This document shows positions 36,951-46,901 of a DNA stretch of 64,000 nucleotides, piece by piece. This stretch comes from an uncultured SAR116 cluster alpha proteobacterium (GTDB lineage Bacteria; Pseudomonadota; Alphaproteobacteria; Puniceispirillales; Puniceispirillaceae): NCBI GenBank assembly GCA_902559985.1, contig CACEJY010000004.1, forward strand, positions 1,372 to 65,371, written 5' to 3'. The first letter of the stretch is position 1; every line of letters begins with the position of its first letter. Both the position numbers and the translations under genes were made by a program. Below the pieces are notes generated by a model. It saw only the letters and a program-made list of their open reading frames with translations, made no database searches and was not told where the DNA came from.

Positions 36951-37919
36951 TTGATGATAAATGTATTTTTAGATTTTTGGAGTGGCCTCTTATCAGAGGC
37001 AACCAACCCTCAAAAGAGAGTGTTCATCGGTTACCTTGCGTCTGCCCTTTTTATTGCCTTTCTCTGGCTTTTTTTTATAGAAAAATTAAAAATCAAAGAC
37101 GCTACATCACTTATTTTTAGCAAAAAAATTTGGTTCAGCAAATCAAGCAAAGCTGATTTTAAATTGCTCTTGTTGAACCGCATAATCCTTTCTGCAGGGG
37201 CAGCAGCGGTTGTAACCCAAGTTACAATTTCAACATTCTTATACGAATGCTTGAGCTCACAGGATTTTGTCCAGCCATTATTATTTTATTCAACTCCAGC
37301 AAGTGTAGTCGCTGCTCTGTTTACCATATGTTTCTTTTTATTCGACGACTTCTCGAGATTTTTTGTACATCGGCTGATGCACAAAGTGCCCTTATTATGG
37401 TCCTTTCATCAAGTGCACCACAGTGCAGAAACAATGACACCGTTTACAATATTTCGAACCCATCCTGTTGAGGGAGTAATTTTTCTTTTACGCACCTCTG
37501 TAGTTCAAGGGGTAGTCATATCCCTATTTATCTACCTGTTTGGAAATAAGGTTGATTTAATAACTGTTTTTGGAGCAAGCGTTGGGGTTGTGCTTTTCCA
37601 CTCGCTTGGATCAAATCTTCGGCATTCACACATCAAGATCCGATATCCAAAATTTGTTGAACGGATACTCATATCACCGGGCCAACACCAAATTCATCAT
37701 TCCGTTGAACAACAGCATTACGATAAAAATTTTGGTGTTGCACTTGCCATATGGGACCTAATGTTCGGCTCACTGGCTTTTTCAGAAAAAAAAGAGCACA
37801 AATTTGGGCTAAACACCAAATTCGGTAAAAAGCAAAACTTACTTCATTTATATTTTTACCCTTTCAAATCAGCTTCTCAAACTTTCAAGCTGATTTCTAT
37901 ATTCAGAGGACGCTTTTGA
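36951..37919 (+). CDS. sterol desaturase / fatty acid hydroxylase superfamily protein
   Basis: His boxes HRLMH, HQVHHS, R.HPVE, NLRHSH, HQIHHS..HYDKNFG. Confidence 0.88.
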   Translation: MMINVFLDFWSGLLSEATNPQKRVFIGYLASALFIAFLWLFFIEKLKIKDATSLIFSKKIWFSKSSKADFKLLLLNRIILSAGAAAVVTQVTISTFLYECLSSQDFVQPLLFYSTPASVVAALFTICFFLFDDFSRFFVHRLMHKVPLLWSFHQVHHSAETMTPFTIFRTHPVEGVIFLLRTSVVQGVVISLFIYLFGNKVDLITVFGASVGVVLFHSLGSNLRHSHIKIRYPKFVERILISPGQHQIHHSVEQQHYDKNFGVALAIWDLMFGSLAFSEKKEHKFGLNTKFGKKQNLLHLYFYPFKSASQTFKLISIFRGRF

Positions 37920-38974
37920 GCGATTTAATTATGTCAAAAACGAATTACGCACCAACGGTTAGTCTTTTATTGCTAACAGTTTTTTTCATTGGAATGCTAT
38001 TGGCTAGTCCGAGAGCGATTGGCGGGGAAATAAACATTTATTCACACAGACAGCCATATTTAATAGAGCCCTTCCTCAAAGAATTTACTAAAAGGACAAA
38101 AATTAAAACTAATGTTGTTTTTGCTTCTAAAGGCCTTGCCCAGAGGTTGCAGGCGGAGGGTGAAGCGAGTCCAGCGGATTTAGTCCTGACTGTAGACATC
38201 AGCAGATTAAAGCAATATGCGGACAAAGGCTTGTTTCAACCATTTGTATCAACAGTGCTGGAATCAAACATCCCAAAAAACCTGAGGAGCAAGGATAGTA
38301 CGTGGTATGGCTTCTCCAAAAGATCCCGGGTGATTGCTGTTTCAAAATCACTCAAAAACTCAAATGAGATAACAAGGTTTGAGGATCTCACTGACGCAAA
38401 ATGGTCTGGTAAAATTTGCTCACGGCCCGGCAGCCATGTATACAACCGTGCCCTCTTGAGTTCAATCATTGCAGCAAATGGAAATGAAGCAGCCTTCGCT
38501 TGGGCTAAAGGCTTAGTTAAGAACTTTGCGCGGTCTCCTCGTGGCAATGATAGATCTCAAATAAAAGCAATTTTTTCTGGTGAGTGTGCAATCGCATTGG
38601 TCAACCATTATTATTATGGAAAGCTAATAAACTCAGAGGACCCAGCCCACAGAAAGTGGGCTGAAAGTGTCGATATAATCATTCCAAATCAAGGACCAAC
38701 TGACCGCGGTGCACATATAAACATTTCTGGTGGGGGCATCGCGAAACACGCCAAAAACTTAGAAGAAGCAAAACAGTTCATGGAATTTCTTGTTTCTAAG
38801 GAGGCGCAGAAATTATATGCGTCTATAAATTACGAATATCCGGTAATTACTGGCGTCGATCTACCAGACACCCTAACTGCCTGGGGAAATTTTAGAGAAG
38901 ACCAAGTACCTATTGAGACACTGGCCGAGCTATCAGGAAAAGCACAGAAAATAATTGATAAAGTCACTTGGTAG
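37916..38974 (+). CDS. futA: Fe(3+) ABC transporter substrate-binding protein (FutA/FbpA/SfuA)
   Basis: IYSHR, SPADL.LTVD, RPGSH.YN, GNDRSQ, NHYYY Tyr ligands, HINISG, NYEYP. Confidence 0.88.
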   Translation: MSDLIMSKTNYAPTVSLLLLTVFFIGMLLASPRAIGGEINIYSHRQPYLIEPFLKEFTKRTKIKTNVVFASKGLAQRLQAEGEASPADLVLTVDISRLKQYADKGLFQPFVSTVLESNIPKNLRSKDSTWYGFSKRSRVIAVSKSLKNSNEITRFEDLTDAKWSGKICSRPGSHVYNRALLSSIIAANGNEAAFAWAKGLVKNFARSPRGNDRSQIKAIFSGECAIALVNHYYYGKLINSEDPAHRKWAESVDIIIPNQGPTDRGAHINISGGGIAKHAKNLEEAKQFMEFLVSKEAQKLYASINYEYPVITGVDLPDTLTAWGNFREDQVPIETLAELSGKAQKIIDKVTW

Positions 38975-38985
38975 AGAAGTGTGCC

Positions 38986-39306
38986 TTAATTTATTGTTAT
39001 TTCAGTTGCAGAGCTCTCCGCTTCAAAACTGAAGACATAGACACCAGAAAAATTTGTTTGCATGTAGTTAAAAGACTTTTTTATGTCGTCAAAAACAGGT
39101 TTTGTTTTTGACTCAAAATTTTTCAAATCTAAACTACCATCGAATTTGGCTGTTATGGACAGGCTGCCACAAGGCCCCAAAGAAATATTGATGGACTGCA
39201 TATTGCAAGGCCTAATAAATTTGGCTAAGTGCTCTGCAAAATAAGATGAGGCAACTTTCGCATCCGTTGGTGAGACAAATTTCAGATTATAAACTTTTGC
39301 ATACAT
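38986..39306 (-). CDS. hypothetical protein (possible dimeric alpha+beta barrel)
   Basis: 106-aa ORF starting 1 nt after the GAF gene stop; no recognised motif. Confidence 0.6.
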   Translation of the reverse strand: MYAKVYNLKFVSPTDAKVASSYFAEHLAKFIRPCNMQSINISLGPCGSLSITAKFDGSLDLKNFESKTKPVFDDIKKSFNYMQTNFSGVYVFSFEAESSATEITIN

Positions 39307-39307
39307 T

Positions 39308-40162
39308 TTATTGTAGCTCGCTAAACATCTTGTCTATAAGTTCAGAGGCATCATCGCCGCTTATTTTTAACCGCTTCATTGGCTTTGGTGTTATGCCCAT
39401 TTTTTCAATAAGCAGCCGCCCTGTTGAGCTAAGGATTGCGTTAGATTTCACATCTTCTGTACAAAATCCGTGTTTCACCAAGCCATTTGCATCCCGCGCA
39501 CTTACTTTTAAATCAGACTCCAGCAGCAATAATGCTTTCAAATCTAACAATGTTGCGCCCGGCAGTTCTTCAGACAAAACATCAGTGGCTTGAACAATTT
39601 TTTGGGAGGTGAGACTTCGCTGTTCAACTTGCAAGTCCAACAAATGCGCAATATTTTTACTAATTCGAACCAACAAGTTTTCCTGATCGCTCGACATCTT
39701 TTTTGGCTCAGTATTGAACAAGCATAAAGTACCAAGGGCATAATTATCTTTATTGACAACTGGAAACCCGGCATAGGCATGTGGGGCATCGCCCGACTTT
39801 ATAAAAGGATGTTCTGACCAATCAGGATCTTTGTAAAAATCTTCAATCACCATTGGCTCAGTATTCAATAAAACATACGAGCATACGTTCCATTTTGACC
39901 GTTCTGTTCGGCCTCCAACCTCATAGCTCTCTGGAACGCCTGCCCCCGCCATTGAACATTGCGCCTCACCATCAAACAGGCTAAACCTAGCCTGCTCAAA
40001 ACCAGTTAAATCTTTAGCAAGGTCGCAATATATTTGAAAGAGGTCTGAATTAGGAGCATCGATAAGGCCTGTTTTAACGACCGCCTGTGCGCGACGAGTT
40101 TCATTAGAGGGCCGAGGCGCCTCATCACCAGAAGACGGCTTTGGCAAAACTTGTAAACTCAT
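39308..40162 (-). CDS. GAF domain-containing protein
   Basis: E.RRAQAV...GLID, VCSYVL, YAGFPV....YALGTLCLF.TEPK (GAF); no kinase or cyclase output domain. Confidence 0.8.
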   Translation of the reverse strand: MSLQVLPKPSSGDEAPRPSNETRRAQAVVKTGLIDAPNSDLFQIYCDLAKDLTGFEQARFSLFDGEAQCSMAGAGVPESYEVGGRTERSKWNVCSYVLLNTEPMVIEDFYKDPDWSEHPFIKSGDAPHAYAGFPVVNKDNYALGTLCLFNTEPKKMSSDQENLLVRISKNIAHLLDLQVEQRSLTSQKIVQATDVLSEELPGATLLDLKALLLLESDLKVSARDANGLVKHGFCTEDVKSNAILSSTGRLLIEKMGITPKPMKRLKISGDDASELIDKMFSELQ

Positions 40163-40281
40163 ATTCTTATACCGTAAAGTTAGGTGTAAGGACGTTTAGA
40201 TGTCAGTATTGTACATTTTTATTTATATTAATAGAAAATATTTAAACTGAAGGGTCTTCAGACAGTATTGTCAGGGCAATC

Positions 40282-40914
40282 ATGACCATAAATGAATGGA
40301 TGTTATTGTTATTGACCTGCTTAGCTGGCGCAGCAAGTCCAGGACCAAGCTTAGCCTTGTTAATGCGCACCGCAATTATTGATGGTCAGCCTGCCGGAGT
40401 GATTTTTAGCATTGCCCATGGTGCTGGCATTTTGATGTATGCGTGTTTGGTAGTCACAGGGCTTGAAACTATTCTTTTCAACTCTCCCAAGACCCTTTTT
40501 ATTCTTCAAATAGCTGGTTGTGGTTTCCTTTTTTGGGTGGCTTTCAAGATTATTCGAGGCAACCGGATGGGCACACTTAAAGGAAACGAAACCCAATCTC
40601 CATCAAACACCTCTCAACCTATCCTAAAACATGCCTTAGAGGGATTTTTGATTGTTTTTTTTAACCCTAAGATTGCTGTATTTTTTTTCGCAATTTTCAG
40701 TCAATTCCTGGCTGAGGATCAGAGCATAGCTATTAAAGCAGGAATGGTTTCAGTCGCATGGCTTATTGATACAGCGTGGTATCTTTTTGTGACTATGGTT
40801 GCAACGCTCCCACCATTAGCGATGCTTATCAAAGGTTACAAAGGACAGTTAGAATTGCTGAGTGGTTATGCTCTCATTTTGATCTGCTTGGGATTAGTTT
40901 GGAGGTTTTTTTAA
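40282..40914 (+). CDS. LysE/RhtB family translocator
   Basis: SPGP, G..FLFW, GFLI.FFNPK...FF.AIF.QF. Confidence 0.88.
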   Translation: MTINEWMLLLLTCLAGAASPGPSLALLMRTAIIDGQPAGVIFSIAHGAGILMYACLVVTGLETILFNSPKTLFILQIAGCGFLFWVAFKIIRGNRMGTLKGNETQSPSNTSQPILKHALEGFLIVFFNPKIAVFFFAIFSQFLAEDQSIAIKAGMVSVAWLIDTAWYLFVTMVATLPPLAMLIKGYKGQLELLSGYALILICLGLVWRFF

Positions 40915-41068
40915 GATGAGCAGGTGCAAACTTGCTTTGTTTGGTGGAGCGGAATAAGCATGAGTAATGACAATAGTCAAATAATTATAACCAACCATGA
41001 AAATTATTTCCTGAGCGGCCCAAAAAATTACTCAGGCTATTCCTCAATAAATGTTGTGAAAAAAATTT

Positions 41069-41869
41069 GTGATGAACTTGAGTGACATATTTCTTGACCT
41101 TGGCATACAGAACCCAGCATTGTTTTATGCTGTTGGTTTTATTGCTGTCCTTGTAACAGCATTATCAAAGGCTGGATTTGGCGGCGCGATTGCAATCGGC
41201 ATACCGATACTGCTGCTGGTTACAACACCTCGTGTGGCACTCGGTGTGACGTTACCTATTCTTCTCACTATTGATCTATGGGTTGTTCGCTCTTCCTATA
41301 AAAAGGTTAACGCACAACTGCTTTTTATCATGCTTCTTTTTGGTTTAATTGGGCATGGTGTTGGGTGGTTTTACTTTGATCACATTTCCAGTGATTTATT
41401 GACCGCCTTTATTGGCTTCATGTCACTACTAACCGTTTTTTTGTATTTTAAAAAGCGGTGGCTACCAGAAAAAACAATCACACCAAAAAAAGAGAGCATT
41501 TTTTCTGTTTGGCTTCGTGGCTCGCTATGGTGCTCTATAGCAGGTGTTTCAAGTTTTGTTTCTACGTCGGGTGGGGTGCCGCTCCAAGTTTTTCTTTTGC
41601 GGTGCAAAATTGACAGATCGGTTTATATCGGTTCGGCAGCCGCATTTTTCCTTGCCCTTAATCTTACAAAAATACCGCTTTATGCAGATTTAAATATCCT
41701 CTCATACGATAGCTTTTTAATTTCTATGATGCTGGTACCGGCAATTCCTTTTGGAATAATATTAGCTCGGTGGGTAAACAGATTTCTATCGGATGAGAAG
41801 TTCTATCTATGGATGCATATAATTCTTGGAGTTGTCGGTCTTCAGCTTCTTTATCGAGTATTCGTATGA
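41069..41869 (+). CDS. TauE/SafE family sulfite/anion exporter
   Basis: SKAGFGGA, LP.LL..D, GVSSFVS..GG.P, FF..LNL.K.P.Y; about 8 TM segments. Confidence 0.82.
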   Translation: MMNLSDIFLDLGIQNPALFYAVGFIAVLVTALSKAGFGGAIAIGIPILLLVTTPRVALGVTLPILLTIDLWVVRSSYKKVNAQLLFIMLLFGLIGHGVGWFYFDHISSDLLTAFIGFMSLLTVFLYFKKRWLPEKTITPKKESIFSVWLRGSLWCSIAGVSSFVSTSGGVPLQVFLLRCKIDRSVYIGSAAAFFLALNLTKIPLYADLNILSYDSFLISMMLVPAIPFGIILARWVNRFLSDEKFYLWMHIILGVVGLQLLYRVFV

Positions 41870-41912
41870 ATAAAATAGGTAGTTTAAAATTGCAAAAAAC
41901 GAGAGTGCAAAA

Positions 41913-43523
41913 ATGATAAAGTCAAATCGTCCACTTATCATGGGTGAAAACGGTGCAGTGGCAACCAACCACCCTCAAGCGACATCTGTTGGCCTTGATG
42001 TTTTGCGTGCCGGTGGCAATGCGATAGACGCCTCCGTTGCCGTTTCACTTGCACTGGGAGTTGTTGAACCCGCCATGTCTGGCCTTGGCGGAGACGGCTT
42101 CTACCACGTTTGGTTGGCAAATTCCGCCAAAACACTCGTTTATAATGGCACGGGCACTGCTCCCAAAGCAGCGTTAAAAGGTGAGGTTTTTTCAAAAGGC
42201 ATCCCAGTTTTTGGTCCCCATAGTGTGTCAATCCCTGGCATGGTTGGTGGTCTGGGTGCAATGCATAAAGATCACGGATCTAAAAGTTGGCACTCACTAT
42301 GTAATCCAGCAGCGTACCTTGCTGGTGACGGTTTTTTTGTAACACACGCATATCGGTCATTTGCGCAAAAGGCATCCGAAAAAATCCAAAGCAATGCAAC
42401 CAGTCAAAAAATCTTTATTGACAAAAGTGCTCCACCTGATCTTGGAACAAAAATTAAACAACCAAAATTGTGTCAAACACTCACCCAGTTAGGTGATGAG
42501 GGGCCGGACGGATTTTATCGGGGTAACCTCGCAAACAAAATAGTCAAAGATGGAAGAGTTGCAGGGCTATTGTTAAGCAACTCTGATTTTGCTGAATTTT
42601 ATCCTGAAGTACAGGACTCGATAGCGGTTAAGTACCGTGACTTTGAAATTTTTCAAACACCGCCAAATTCCACAGGTTTTGTTATGTTACAAGAATTGAA
42701 AATTCTAGAAAACTTTGACATTTCTGAGATGAATTTCAATGACCCAGAGCTTATCCACCTAATGGTTGAAGCAAAAAAATATGCATTTCTTGACCGGGAG
42801 AGATATGGAGGCGATCCGAGGCTCATCGAAGTACCAATAAACCACATTCTGTCAAACGCACACACCTCAAACCTCGCAGGAAAAATTGATTTGGAAAAAG
42901 CAGCGAGGATCCCCTTGCTATTTGAAGCCCAATCGGCAAAAGAGACGACCTATTTCAGTGTTGTAGATAAAGATGGGAATGCTGTTTCAGCAATCCAAAG
43001 TATTAACAGCCCATTTGGATCTGGTGTGACTGGTTCGGATACGGGTGTTTTATTCAACAACCGCATGGCTTATTGGCACCTTGAAACAGGTCACCCCAAC
43101 AGCCTTAAATCCGGAAAGCGAGTTAGACATACAATGAATGCTCCGATAGTAATTCGTGATGGTAAACTGTGGGCCGTGTTTGGTACGCCAGGCGCAGACA
43201 ATCAGGTGCAAATTAATTTTCAGATTGCAGTTGCATTAATTGATTATGGGTTGGACCCCCAACAAGCAGTTGAGGCGACAAGGTGGACAAGCTCGCAACC
43301 AAATCAAGGAGCAAACTGGCCCCATGATGGGAACTACAGCTTAACCATCGAAAGTGGGCTTCCTACAAAGTGTATCTCAAAACTTAGACTCCTCGGTCAT
43401 GAGGTTGAAATCGTGCCCCCACTAGAAGGCCCGTGTAGCGTGGCTTGCATTCGACTTTTAAGTAATAATACACTCATGGCAGGCAGTGATCCACGAAGAG
43501 ACGGTTGGGCCGCAGCTTTTTAA
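41913..43523 (+). CDS. ggt: gamma-glutamyltransferase family Ntn hydrolase (YwrD/HpxW-like type)
   Basis: GGNAIDA, GLGGDGF, PPNSTG, autocleavage site ETTYFSVVD, RHTMN, GTPGADNQ, DPRRDG. Confidence 0.88.
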   Translation: MIKSNRPLIMGENGAVATNHPQATSVGLDVLRAGGNAIDASVAVSLALGVVEPAMSGLGGDGFYHVWLANSAKTLVYNGTGTAPKAALKGEVFSKGIPVFGPHSVSIPGMVGGLGAMHKDHGSKSWHSLCNPAAYLAGDGFFVTHAYRSFAQKASEKIQSNATSQKIFIDKSAPPDLGTKIKQPKLCQTLTQLGDEGPDGFYRGNLANKIVKDGRVAGLLLSNSDFAEFYPEVQDSIAVKYRDFEIFQTPPNSTGFVMLQELKILENFDISEMNFNDPELIHLMVEAKKYAFLDRERYGGDPRLIEVPINHILSNAHTSNLAGKIDLEKAARIPLLFEAQSAKETTYFSVVDKDGNAVSAIQSINSPFGSGVTGSDTGVLFNNRMAYWHLETGHPNSLKSGKRVRHTMNAPIVIRDGKLWAVFGTPGADNQVQINFQIAVALIDYGLDPQQAVEATRWTSSQPNQGANWPHDGNYSLTIESGLPTKCISKLRLLGHEVEIVPPLEGPCSVACIRLLSNNTLMAGSDPRRDGWAAAF

Positions 43524-43546
43524 CGAGCATACTAGGAGATGGGCTC

Positions 43547-45154
43547 TTGAAAAAAGGAATGATTTCTGCCCCTCAACCAGAGGCTGTTGATGCAGGAGCC
43601 GATATATTAAATTTAGGAGGAAATGCTATTGATGCAGCGATTGCATGCGCATTTGTTCAGGGAGTCGTTGATCCATTAATGTGTGGAATTGGCGGCTTTG
43701 GAAGCATGCAGCTATTTATGCCTAAATTAAAAGTTCATGAATGTATAGATTTTCACGGGAAAGCACCAGAGACCGCTACACCTGATATGTGGGCTGATAG
43801 AATTGAAGGAGAAGCTCGTGACGGCTTCGGCTTTATACTCAAAGACCATATTAATGATATTGGTTATCAATCGATTACAGCTCCAGGCAGCCTAAAAGCA
43901 TATTATGAAGCACACAGCGATTACGGCGTGCTAGACTGGAAAACTATCCTGCAACCCGCAATTGAATATGCAGAAAACGGATGGGTGGTTCGGCCCCATG
44001 TTGATTTTTGGTGGTCAATCAAAAACCATTTTGGCCGCACACCAAATCCAGACCGGGTTAAATTCTCAAAGCCTGGAAGAGATCTCTATTGTGATGCACA
44101 GGGAAACCTGAAAGTTGTGGGTGACAAGGTTGTTAACAATGACCTCGCCGACACCCTCAAGCGGATTGCCAAACATGGAGCAGACATATTTTACAGTGGT
44201 GCCATAGCTCACGAGATCATCAAAGACATGAATTCTAATGGCGCACTTCTAACGATTAATGATCTAAAAAATTATCAAACAAAACGATTAAAACCCCTTT
44301 GGGGTAATTATCGGGGTTTCAACATCGCTACCAACAATCCTCCGGGTGGAGGGATAATGTTGATCCAGATGTTAAATATCCTTGAGAATTTTGATCTGTT
44401 AAACCTTGGTCACAACAGCAGTGATTATGTTCGTATTGTTTGTGAGGCAATGAAACGAGTAACAATTGATAAAGATTTATTTGTGGGAGACCCAAATTTT
44501 TTAACAGTTCCAACTGAGCATTTGATTGACAAAAAATATGCGTTTGAACAATCAAATGATATTCGAAATGGAAAAATTGCAGATGTGAAAAGACTGAGTA
44601 CAAAAACTGAGTCAAAGGACACGACTCACCTTTCTGTTATTGACTCTAATGGCAATGCAGTTTCTATGACCCATTCACTCGGAATGCCCTCTGGTGTGAT
44701 AACATCCGGCCTCGGCTTCATGTATAATGGATGCATGGGTGTTTTTGATCCCAGACCAGGTAACGCTGACTCCATTGCCCCTGGCAAAAGCCGGTTTTCA
44801 TCGATGAGCCCCTCTATTATACTCAAAAGCGGTCAACCATTTCTTGTGATTGGTGCGCCTGGAGGCACTCAAATCCCGATGGGTCTTCTTCAATCAATAA
44901 TTAATATCATCGATTTTGACATGAGCATGGTCGAGGCAGTATCAGCACCGCGTTTCTCGGCAACAAGCAATCTCATCGACGTTAGTAACCGTATATCGAG
45001 ACAAACAACCCGTCCACTTGAAGACTTAGGTTATACGGTCGTCCGCAACCCAAACACCTATGGCTTCGCGGCAGTTCACGGTATTAAAATCCAAAACCAG
45101 GAGTGGCAAGGAGCAGCCGATCCGGGGCACGATGGAATAGTGGTAGAAGTTTAA
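43547..45154 (+). CDS. ggt: gamma-glutamyltransferase family Ntn hydrolase (second paralogue)
   Basis: GGNAIDAA, GIGGFG, DTTHLSVID, SSMSP, GAPGG; probable TTG start 43547 after AGGAG. Confidence 0.88.
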   Translation: MKKGMISAPQPEAVDAGADILNLGGNAIDAAIACAFVQGVVDPLMCGIGGFGSMQLFMPKLKVHECIDFHGKAPETATPDMWADRIEGEARDGFGFILKDHINDIGYQSITAPGSLKAYYEAHSDYGVLDWKTILQPAIEYAENGWVVRPHVDFWWSIKNHFGRTPNPDRVKFSKPGRDLYCDAQGNLKVVGDKVVNNDLADTLKRIAKHGADIFYSGAIAHEIIKDMNSNGALLTINDLKNYQTKRLKPLWGNYRGFNIATNNPPGGGIMLIQMLNILENFDLLNLGHNSSDYVRIVCEAMKRVTIDKDLFVGDPNFLTVPTEHLIDKKYAFEQSNDIRNGKIADVKRLSTKTESKDTTHLSVIDSNGNAVSMTHSLGMPSGVITSGLGFMYNGCMGVFDPRPGNADSIAPGKSRFSSMSPSIILKSGQPFLVIGAPGGTQIPMGLLQSIINIIDFDMSMVEAVSAPRFSATSNLIDVSNRISRQTTRPLEDLGYTVVRNPNTYGFAAVHGIKIQNQEWQGAADPGHDGIVVEV

Positions 45155-45407
45155 GGCAACTCTTGGCTTGGAATAAATAAACTAGAACGCAACTCGATTA
45201 GCTATGTTAAGTCAAATAATGTGACGTACTACACTTAAATACTGCAACTACCTAAATCCGAATGTCACAAGCAACAATGTGTCCCACCTGAGTTTGCTAG
45301 TTGTTCGTTAAGCCAGAGAATAACAACCAGCCATGCTACTCATTTTCACTAGAGGTAGAATTCCAACTGGCCAAGAAATTTTTCAGCCTTTGCAAAGGAA
45401 AATCCGT

Positions 45408-46844
45408 CTATGTGTAAACCTCACTTGAGTATTTGGTTGCAAGAAATGCTTCAAGCCCCTCGATACCACCCTCATAGCCGTATCCGCTATTTTTCAACCC
45501 GCCAAACGGCGTTTCAACCGAGTGGATATGGAGAGAATTTATTGCAAGCATACCACTCTCAATTTCTGTTTTTAAAACCCCCGCCGTTTTTGGGCTTCCG
45601 GTGAATGCATATGCGGCAAGACCAAAGGGTAAACTATTCGAACGATCAATAACTTCGTCAAGACTTGCAAAAGTTGCAGTTGGCGCGATTGGGCCAAACG
45701 GCTCTTCTGTCATTATTTGTGCTGAGTCAGGAACATTTGCTAGTAAAGTCGGCTGATAAAATGAACCAGAACTTTGAACTCGTTCACCTCCCACTATTAG
45801 CTCACCTCCCTCTGACACTGCATTAGAAACGAAGCCTTCCATAATATCCAGACGTCGGTCCGCAACTAGAGGACCCATATTAACTCCGGCATCAAGCCCG
45901 TTACCAATATTAACCGCTTCAACATGCTTTTTGAATGCTTCTAAAAATTGGTCATGAATTGACTCTTCAATAAAGAAACGGGTTGGTGAAATGCAAACTT
46001 GACCGGCATTTCGAAATTTACCCTGCGTGCACAGTTGAGCTGCCGCATCGATATCAGCATCCTTGAACACCATGACTGGCGAATGGCCGCCAAGTTCCAT
46101 CGTACAGCGGATTAAATTCTTGGCTGCCAGCTGTTGCAAATGGATGCCTACCGGCACACTGCCCGTAAAACTCAATTTGCGGGGAATAGTCGAAGCTAGT
46201 AGGTGCTCTGATACCTGTGCGGGCACACCAAAGACGATGTTTAACACGCCAGCTGGCAAACCCGCATCCATCAATGCTGTTCCAATAGCGACAGCAGTTG
46301 CCGGCGTCTCCTCACTTGGCTTTATAATGATTGAACAGCCTGCAGCCAAAGCCCCGGCAACTTTGCGCATCACATTTGTGGCTGGGAAATTCCACGCGAC
46401 AAATGCCAACGCTGGTCCAACCGGTACCTTCCGCGCCTCATGCTGCATACCAGGAAAACGTGATGGGATGATCCGCCCATAAACGCGTTTACCTTCTTCC
46501 GCATACCAGCGAAGCAAGTCAATCGCAACCTGCATTTCAATTTTTGATTCAGCTAAGGGCTTGCCCATTTCGCGTGTAAGATTGGTACAATTTACCTCAA
46601 AACGATCTTCCAACAATCTCGCGGCTTTCTCCAGAACTGCCTGCCGGCTATGCGGTGTCATTTTTCGCCATACATTAAAACCCTCCAAACTGCTCTCCAG
46701 CGCTCGGTCCAGATCCGACGTTGTCGCATGCGGCACTTGACCAATTTCAGACCCATCAGCAGGACAAATTACCGGCTCACTTTTACCCGCGCCACCAACA
46801 ACCCAGTCGCCGGCAATTAACATTTTTAATTCTGGATATGACAT
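45408..46844 (-). CDS. NAD-dependent aldehyde dehydrogenase (succinate / alpha-ketoglutarate semialdehyde dehydrogenase family)
   Basis: AWNFP, KPSEETP, FTGS, MELGGH, FRNAGQVC, EEPFGP, PFGG.K.SG.G.EGG. Confidence 0.92.
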   Translation of the reverse strand: MSYPELKMLIAGDWVVGGAGKSEPVICPADGSEIGQVPHATTSDLDRALESSLEGFNVWRKMTPHSRQAVLEKAARLLEDRFEVNCTNLTREMGKPLAESKIEMQVAIDLLRWYAEEGKRVYGRIIPSRFPGMQHEARKVPVGPALAFVAWNFPATNVMRKVAGALAAGCSIIIKPSEETPATAVAIGTALMDAGLPAGVLNIVFGVPAQVSEHLLASTIPRKLSFTGSVPVGIHLQQLAAKNLIRCTMELGGHSPVMVFKDADIDAAAQLCTQGKFRNAGQVCISPTRFFIEESIHDQFLEAFKKHVEAVNIGNGLDAGVNMGPLVADRRLDIMEGFVSNAVSEGGELIVGGERVQSSGSFYQPTLLANVPDSAQIMTEEPFGPIAPTATFASLDEVIDRSNSLPFGLAAYAFTGSPKTAGVLKTEIESGMLAINSLHIHSVETPFGGLKNSGYGYEGGIEGLEAFLATKYSSEVYT

Positions 46845-46901
46845 CAAATTATCTCCATTTATTTTGAGCGCGTTAAATTAGTATTTAGTTTCAAAAAATC
46901 T

